Shown here: in pieces, positions 58,167 to 64,000 of the stretch
Numbering within the stretch: position 1 is the first letter of the stretch
Layout of the letters: each line of letters starts with the position of its first letter
Assembly (NCBI GenBank): GCA_002811645.1
Contig: PDIP01000003.1
Coordinates: 124,001-188,000, forward strand
DNA from: Corallochytrium limacisporum Hawaii
Lineage: Eukaryota; Protista; Pluriformea
Length of the DNA: 64,000 nt
Reading direction: 5' to 3'
Notes under the pieces: model-generated
The model's input: the letters and a program-made list of their open reading frames with translations, nothing else
Told to the model about the DNA's origin: nothing
Databases searched by the model: none
Translations under genes and position numbers: made by a program

Positions 58167-59936
58167 TTAAGTAGTGCGACCCCGTCGAATCTGTTCCATG
58201 ATGCTGCGGCTGAGTTCCCTGGCCTCACGCAACGCGTTTGCAACTTCAATATCACTCACTGCTGATGTCGACATGGGCCTTTGCGGTGGAAGAGGACTGT
58301 AATCAAAAGCATCACCATGCATCATGCCTGGCATCGTACCGGCATGGCTATGTCCCATTGCTGGCGCTCGCAGATCCATCGCTGTGGGGCTGACGCTGCG
58401 CATTCCTGCCCATACTGTCGGCTCGGAATACTCCTCTGGGATACTGGGTGGCTGATAGTGGGATGAAGTTGGCTGACCGGAGTCAAAGGATGATGGATGG
58501 TGGAACATCGGGGGTTGAGGCTGATGCGGAAGTTGAGACTGTGTAGCCTGTTGTAGCAGCTGCATGTGCCCTAGCATCTCTTGCTGCTGATTCTTAAACT
58601 CCGTGATGGAGGACAGAAGCTGTTTTTTGTCCTTGCGCACCATCTGAAACTTGCTCTTCCATTCTTTGGACTCTCGTTTCTGGAGTTCGAGTTCGTTCTT
58701 TAGAATGTCGACTTCGCGCTCACGTTGGGTAAGCAGAGTGTCCAATTCGTCATTGTCAATTCCCATCTCTTCCATGCGTTTTTGTAGTTCTGTGACAGCC
58801 TCGGCCATGTCGTCCGTGTCCGCTCTCATCGCTCTCAGCTCAGCCTGTAGATCCTGAGCTTCTTTCTCTTTTTGCATCCCAAAGGTGTGCTCGTCCTGCC
58901 ATTCTTCCTGTAGTCGGTCGAGGTTCTCAGCCAGCATATTTAGTTCTTCATCCTTCTCTGCTATTTCCGTGTCCTTAGCGATCAGTTGGGCAAAGGATTC
59001 CTTGTATTCCTCGTCTACGTTCTGCAGTTTCTGATTCAGGTCATCATTTGCTTTTTGCAGAACGTCCCTTGCTGCCGTGATATCGCTTACTTGCTGCGTC
59101 AGCTCATCAACTTCTTTGCGCGAAGTTTTGATTTCTTCGTCCAGGGAAGCGGTCAGTTTGCGATTGTCCTGAAAGTCATCGAAGAGTTTGTCGTATGCGG
59201 TCTGAAGTCGGGCCACCTCGGCTCCATGCCTTTTCAGATTCTCACCTCGATTCCTTTCGTAGCCGGAGACCTTCTCTTGAAGGTTTTTCGCTTCTATCTT
59301 CATTTGTTGCAACTCAGACCAGGCTGTTTCACAATCCATCGCTATCTTCTCCTTATGTTCTGTCAGCGCTTGTATCTGACTCTCGTACCGTTCTGTGAGG
59401 ATACGCCGCGCCTCAGCTACGGGATCGAAGTCCGTACGAGCAGTCATTTCTCTCATGGCTTCCACAAGCTTGTACTGCTGCTGTAGGCTGTTCTTCAGCT
59501 TGTCCTTGATGTTTGCTATCGTGGCCTTCTGGGTCTGGTCCATTTCTTTCACAGTCTGCAGCATATCAGTTAGACTAGTCTCAAGCACATGATTCTTGTG
59601 CCGGAGCTCAAGAGCCTCTGTCTCCGCCAATTCTGCGCGTTCTTTAAAATCTTTAACCTTCAGATACGCCTCCCTCGCATGTTCAAAGTTGGCATCTCTC
59701 TCTGCTTTTAACGTTTCGACCGACTCGTAAAGTTTCTGCAATTTGTCCAATGAAGGTGAGTTCTGTAAGGATCCAATACTTAAAAACTGCTGAATGGCAT
59801 CCTGTGTGAGACCAGACCTTTGAGTTTTGAGCGGAATACCATGTCCAAAGTCTTCCTTGGAGTCTGCGGCATCGTTTACGACTAGTCCCCTTGATGGGCT
59901 ATGTACCTTCAATATTAACACTGGTTCCTCTGCCAT
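58167..59936 (-). CDS. Uncharacterised long coiled-coil protein (589 aa) with a Pro/Ser-rich C-terminal region
   Basis: Long ORF, E/K/Q/L heptad pattern over about 400 aa. No family recognised. Confidence 0.85.
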   Translation of the reverse strand: MAEEPVLILKVHSPSRGLVVNDAADSKEDFGHGIPLKTQRSGLTQDAIQQFLSIGSLQNSPSLDKLQKLYESVETLKAERDANFEHAREAYLKVKDFKERAELAETEALELRHKNHVLETSLTDMLQTVKEMDQTQKATIANIKDKLKNSLQQQYKLVEAMREMTARTDFDPVAEARRILTERYESQIQALTEHKEKIAMDCETAWSELQQMKIEAKNLQEKVSGYERNRGENLKRHGAEVARLQTAYDKLFDDFQDNRKLTASLDEEIKTSRKEVDELTQQVSDITAARDVLQKANDDLNQKLQNVDEEYKESFAQLIAKDTEIAEKDEELNMLAENLDRLQEEWQDEHTFGMQKEKEAQDLQAELRAMRADTDDMAEAVTELQKRMEEMGIDNDELDTLLTQREREVDILKNELELQKRESKEWKSKFQMVRKDKKQLLSSITEFKNQQQEMLGHMQLLQQATQSQLPHQPQPPMFHHPSSFDSGQPTSSHYQPPSIPEEYSEPTVWAGMRSVSPTAMDLRAPAMGHSHAGTMPGMMHGDAFDYSPLPPQRPMSTSAVSDIEVANALREARELSRSIMEQIRRGRTT

Positions 59937-60173
59937 TATGTCTTTGTAGTTGTCTGCTCATCAGATTGCGAACCCTTCATTATGTATAATATAGACCGTC
60001 TTGATACACTATCACTTTCTCGAAATACCATTGTGATCAAATGGGCAACGTTATGGTTCCTTTGTACCTTGCGAGCCGCAAAGACCAGCGGCGCTCCCTG
60101 CGGAATAGAGACTCGCCCGGAAGCGGCGGACGAGTGTGGTCCCTAAGGTCGGGCAGGGGTAACCTCTTGGAAG

Positions 60174-60189
60174 TTTTGCGCGCCAAAAA
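60174..60189. promoter_or_regulatory. Palindromic E2F-type site in the MND1 / coiled-coil bidirectional promoter
   Basis: TTTTGCGCGCCAAAAA contains TTTGGCGC on the minus strand and a near-match on the plus strand. Confidence 0.55.
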
Positions 60190-60464
60190 TTCGTGCAGGG
60201 AAAAATGGGAGGGTGAGAGAGCGGTCAAGAGAAGCATAGCGAGACCCACAACTCTCATGGAGACCACACTTACTGAGCTCATACCGAGCAAGCTTAGATT
60301 AGAGTTCTCCAACGCCCTGTTTATCTTTTGTATTGCCCTTTTGCAACTTTTCTAGAAATTGCTATTCGTCATGGTATAAGGAGTCGCTGTGAAAGCTCAA
60401 GGTGACGGTTAAAGTGAAGTCAACGGAAAGATAATCACAAGTGGGTCAGCGGCAGAGTGTAACA

Positions 60465-61091
60465 ATGGGGAGAACAAAGCCACTGAGCTTGGAAGAGAAG
60501 CGGAAGAGAATGATGGAAATCCTATTCGATTATCGGGAGGTTTTCAAACTTCCAGAACTTGAAAAGAAAGGTCACAAAGAGAAGGGAGTGGTGGCTCAAT
60601 CAGTGAAGGATGTTCTGCAGACGCTAGTGGATGATAACCTAATCAATTTAGAGAAGATTGGCAATGGAAATTACTATTGGGCTTTTCCAAGCCAGGGCTC
60701 TCATATCCGGAAGCGTCGTGCCGCTGAACTTGACACCCAACTAGAGGAGAGAAAGCAGAGAAAGATTGAACTAACAAAGGAACGTGAAGAGTTGGAACAT
60801 GGGCGAGAGGAGACTGATGAATACAATGATCTATTGGAAGAAGTCAGCAAGCTGGATAATGAATTCAAAGAGTTGACTCGGGAAATGGACTCCTTGAAGG
60901 ACCGTGATCCGGAACTAATGGAGAAGCGAGTCAAGGCCATGAAGGAATGCGTAAACGCTGCCAATCGCTGGACCGACAACATTTTCAACATGAAGGACTG
61001 GATCCTGAAGAAATTCCCGCAGTTTACAGATGCTGAGCTAAACAAAAACTTTGAAATCCCGGATGAGTTTGACTACATTGTCGCAGCATAA
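60465..61091 (+). CDS. MND1: Meiotic nuclear division protein 1 (Hop2-Mnd1 complex)
   Basis: LSLEEKRKRM, FKLPELEK, QSVKDVLQTLVDDNL...EKIG.GNYYWAFPS, AANRWTDNIF. First ATG at 60465. Confidence 0.96.
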   Translation: MGRTKPLSLEEKRKRMMEILFDYREVFKLPELEKKGHKEKGVVAQSVKDVLQTLVDDNLINLEKIGNGNYYWAFPSQGSHIRKRRAAELDTQLEERKQRKIELTKEREELEHGREETDEYNDLLEEVSKLDNEFKELTREMDSLKDRDPELMEKRVKAMKECVNAANRWTDNIFNMKDWILKKFPQFTDAELNKNFEIPDEFDYIVAA

Positions 61092-61528
61092 TACCATGAG
61101 GATCATTCGATCCAGAGACCTCCACGTACTAGTGGGTCTGCCATAAGGAGTCTTTTCAAGTGCCCTCCACCCAAAGACAGTAGGGGCCGGATTCGAAGGG
61201 GGGACGAAAACGCTGAATTAACCGACTCCAATCGGTTTCGCGGGCTCCCGGGCTGCGATTGTTGGGGAGGTGGTACTGTGTAAAATTTTACACATGTGAT
61301 ACAAGAACACTGCACAAGATGCATCGTCGCACAGTTTCGACATTCCCGTTCTGGGAACATTTGTGAGGAAGCTATTTGATACACTTGTCATGGGCTATGA
61401 GAACAAATTCGTGTTCTACATGTTACTATAAAGAAAATATCTCCATGGACAAGTACTAGAAGCACAATGAGCTCAGCGATCCGGTAGTATTCTGCACGCG
61501 GTTAGTTTGGCCTTGTAGAGAATAAACC

Positions 61529-63370
61529 ATGTTGTTCAAAAAGCCTTTCCACGTAAAATCATGTACTCACATGCGCAATAGCGATCGTAAGAAGGCTATC
61601 CGCGAACTTGCCACCCAATGCAACCTCGAAGAAAGTGACATTGCAACGGTGTTCGAACCAAAGGATCAGTCACAGGTGATGCGCATTACAGTAGATGGCG
61701 GCGATACGTATACTGTATATCTGCAGGGAGACCAGCCTTTGTTTTTCCGCAAGGAGAAAGGTCCGGGAAGCGACATTGTCTACCCTACAGTCTACGCATG
61801 CTGGCTTTTACCACGTCTGCTCCCTGCGATGGCCACCCACCAGCCTGTATTCAAGAAACTTCAAGGTGGTGCCCATCTGATGCTTCCGGGAGTAGCACAC
61901 GATCCGCAGGACCCGTCAGGATTTTTCAAAGGCATGGAACGAGGAATGCCTTGCAGTGTTGTTGTAGTGAGCAATTGGGCTGTGCTAGCTGTTGGTACTC
62001 TGCTGCGCGGCGAGGAAGAGATTCGGGACGGTGGCATGCGGGGCAAGGGAGTAGAAATTCTGCACATTTACGGCGATGCGCTCTATCAGCATGGGACACA
62101 GATTCCACCGCCAAAGGGCATGACTCCCCCATTCCCATACGACCGTACTGTGGAGATCACGGACCCAGGAGCTGGTGCTGACGAAGGTGACCAGGGGGGC
62201 GAGGAAGAAGAGACGACTTCCGGAGCCACCGAGGGAATGGAGAAGATGGACCTGAACAAAACTGAAGCGACCACAGACCAAGCTGATGATACTGTAAATG
62301 ACACAGGAGATGTCCCAGACTATACATCAATGAGCATGGACGAGCTGATCGAAGTAACTTTTCTGCAGTCCTGCAAGTACGCCATTAAGGACCGGGACCT
62401 CCCTGTTCTATCCAGCAACTTCAAGGCACTGTACATGAAGGCGAACTGTCCGAAGGGTACATCACTGGATTTTAAGAAGAGTTCATGGAAGAAGCTGGGT
62501 AAACTGCTGGAGCACATGGAAAAGGAGGGCGTGGTAAGAATGGAGAACGTTTCTAAGGGGGTGGATCAGGTTGCGCACATCAATCGCATGCACGATCTGA
62601 TTCGGGCGCATCGTCGAATTCCAGAGACCGAGGGCGGCGGAGTAAACGGAGAACCTGGTGCCAACATGGCTGCAGATCTAAATCTTGCACCACAGATGAC
62701 CAACCGCAAGGAAGCTCTGCTTGCGAACCGTCCGAACATGAGCGTGGAGTTGCTCTTTCAGCCAAAGAAGGAACTATTGCCCATTCTCAAAACTGACGAC
62801 CGCAAGGCACTGTTTTCAGCCAAGGACTTAAAGACTGCCCTGGATGACTACATTCGGGAAGAACAACTACCAGATCCGTCCAACAAACGGATGGTTCGCT
62901 TGAATCCGCATCTGGCGGTTCTAGTCAAGAAGAACGAGGGCGATGTTGCATCCTTGAGTCGGGCTGAGGTCAGCGAACGCTTCGTCGACATGTGCAAGGC
63001 GCATCATGTGCTCCACATTGAGGGCCGAGATCCAGTGGTACGCAAGGGTCAGCCTCACACCATCACCATAACCATTGAAAAACGCACTGGGAACAAGCTC
63101 ATGTCGGTTGTGACCGGATTAGAGCAGTATTTTATTGAACCTAAACTGTTTGCCAGCTATGTGCAAAAACAGGTGGCTGCATCCGTTAGTGTTACAGACC
63201 ATGAGGACAAAGGTGCGGCGCGAGGCAAGGAGAAGGATGGCACACAGGAGGTGCTCGTGCAGGGTGATCACAGCGGCACAATTCAGAGTGCCCTCGTGGA
63301 ACATTTTAAAATCCCTTTGAATGCCAATATCATTCATGTCGTGGACAAGGCGAAGAAAAAGAAAAGATAA
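61529..63370 (+). CDS. EIF2D: Translation initiation factor eIF2D (ligatin/Tma64)
   Basis: MLFKKPF...RNSDRKK, YPTVY..W, GGAHLMLPGV (PUA), DFKKSSWKKL, SWIB-like region and SUI1 domain (KRTGNK...VTGLE...VLVQGD). Confidence 0.95.
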   Translation: MLFKKPFHVKSCTHMRNSDRKKAIRELATQCNLEESDIATVFEPKDQSQVMRITVDGGDTYTVYLQGDQPLFFRKEKGPGSDIVYPTVYACWLLPRLLPAMATHQPVFKKLQGGAHLMLPGVAHDPQDPSGFFKGMERGMPCSVVVVSNWAVLAVGTLLRGEEEIRDGGMRGKGVEILHIYGDALYQHGTQIPPPKGMTPPFPYDRTVEITDPGAGADEGDQGGEEEETTSGATEGMEKMDLNKTEATTDQADDTVNDTGDVPDYTSMSMDELIEVTFLQSCKYAIKDRDLPVLSSNFKALYMKANCPKGTSLDFKKSSWKKLGKLLEHMEKEGVVRMENVSKGVDQVAHINRMHDLIRAHRRIPETEGGGVNGEPGANMAADLNLAPQMTNRKEALLANRPNMSVELLFQPKKELLPILKTDDRKALFSAKDLKTALDDYIREEQLPDPSNKRMVRLNPHLAVLVKKNEGDVASLSRAEVSERFVDMCKAHHVLHIEGRDPVVRKGQPHTITITIEKRTGNKLMSVVTGLEQYFIEPKLFASYVQKQVAASVSVTDHEDKGAARGKEKDGTQEVLVQGDHSGTIQSALVEHFKIPLNANIIHVVDKAKKKKR

Positions 63371-63442
63371 GTCGAATGCGCTGTCTGTCGTGGACAATAC
63401 TGGACAGGCAGGAGGCAAATAGAATTGTGTTTTGCTGTATTG

Positions 63443-63718
63443 TTACACTAAGACTGTGAAATGGGTCATCAATGTAGTCCTGGTTGTCGAACTGCTTTTG
63501 TACTTCTCTAGCAGAGCTCGATAGACGTCCCAGGCGGTTGGTTTCTTGTACTCCGTTTCAGCCATGAAGAGTAGAATTGAATGTGCAGCCTTGTCGATTG
63601 TGGAATATTTGTTGCTAAGAGCCTCAAGAGCACTGCGGGCCTGCTGCCACTTTCCACTAATGTAGTCCTGGACGGCCTGGTTGTAGTGGTCTCGAAACTC
63701 TTCCGTTTCTGGTGTACA
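63443..63718 (-). pseudogene. Start-less reading frame resembling the TPR-like C-terminal tail of protist class III adenylyl/guanylyl cyclases (relic or terminal exon)
   Basis: Manual translation: ...EEFRDHYNQAVQDYISGKWQQARSALEALSNKYSTIDKAAHSILLFMAETEYKKPTAWDVYRALLEK... In-frame TGA codons immediately upstream. Not in the ORF track. Confidence 0.6.
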
Positions 63719-64000
63719 TCATGATCAGAGTGTCCAAGACGAATAACAAAACGTTCAATAAACAACTTGGGGATGATCCGTTGATGTAGATGTTCCACAA
63801 GTGGGTATCATATCCGCCGCTGGTTTATGACCACCTTTCAAACGCCGAAAGGGAATTAATTCAAAATAATAATGGCAATTGGGGCTCAGTTTATAATGAA
63901 GAGGCGGGAGGAATTCGTACACCTTTCGAAAACCCCCGCCTCCGTTCCCCCTGTACACGGCCCGCCGGCAGTTTCACCACAGGAAAGAGGGGCGGCCCCG

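Noticed and set aside
1-64000. CRISPR arrays, rRNA genes, intact transposons or an alternative genetic code
   Set aside because: None seen; all recognised genes translate full length with the standard code.

Overview
Eukaryotic nuclear DNA. It is most likely from a unicellular holozoan, because it encodes a KLF/Sp-type zinc-finger factor, a PH-SH2 adaptor and a class V myosin with a DIL tail. All 18 recognisable protein-coding genes are single uninterrupted ORFs. That near-absence of introns would fit Corallochytrium, but the species cannot be confirmed from the sequence. The left two-thirds (1-43 kb) is gene-sparse: KLF-like TF, MYND-finger protein, GGCT fused to a cytochrome-b5/MAPR-like domain, V-ATPase C, Yippee-like, SARNP, PH-SH2 adaptor and a JAZF1/Sfp1-like TF. 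It also has long non-coding tracts, two N gaps and probable decayed gene relics. The right third (43-63.4 kb) is tightly packed: PIGA, WDR74, TBCC, DUS3L, MRPL19, ADAT2, myosin V, a coiled-coil protein, MND1 and eIF2D. The main unexplained signals are: (1) promoter regions built from ApT-free tracts of about 120-165 nt (nucleosome-core size) separated by ApT clusters, suggesting a sequence-encoded 6mA/nucleosome code; (2) a recurring TAG a few nt before start codons of intronless genes, possibly a splice or trans-splice acceptor; (3) a cryptic adenylyl-cyclase C-terminal fragment missed by the ORF track; (4) a candidate spliced membrane micropeptide gene; (5) a palindromic E2F-type site shared by MND1 and an unknown coiled-coil gene.
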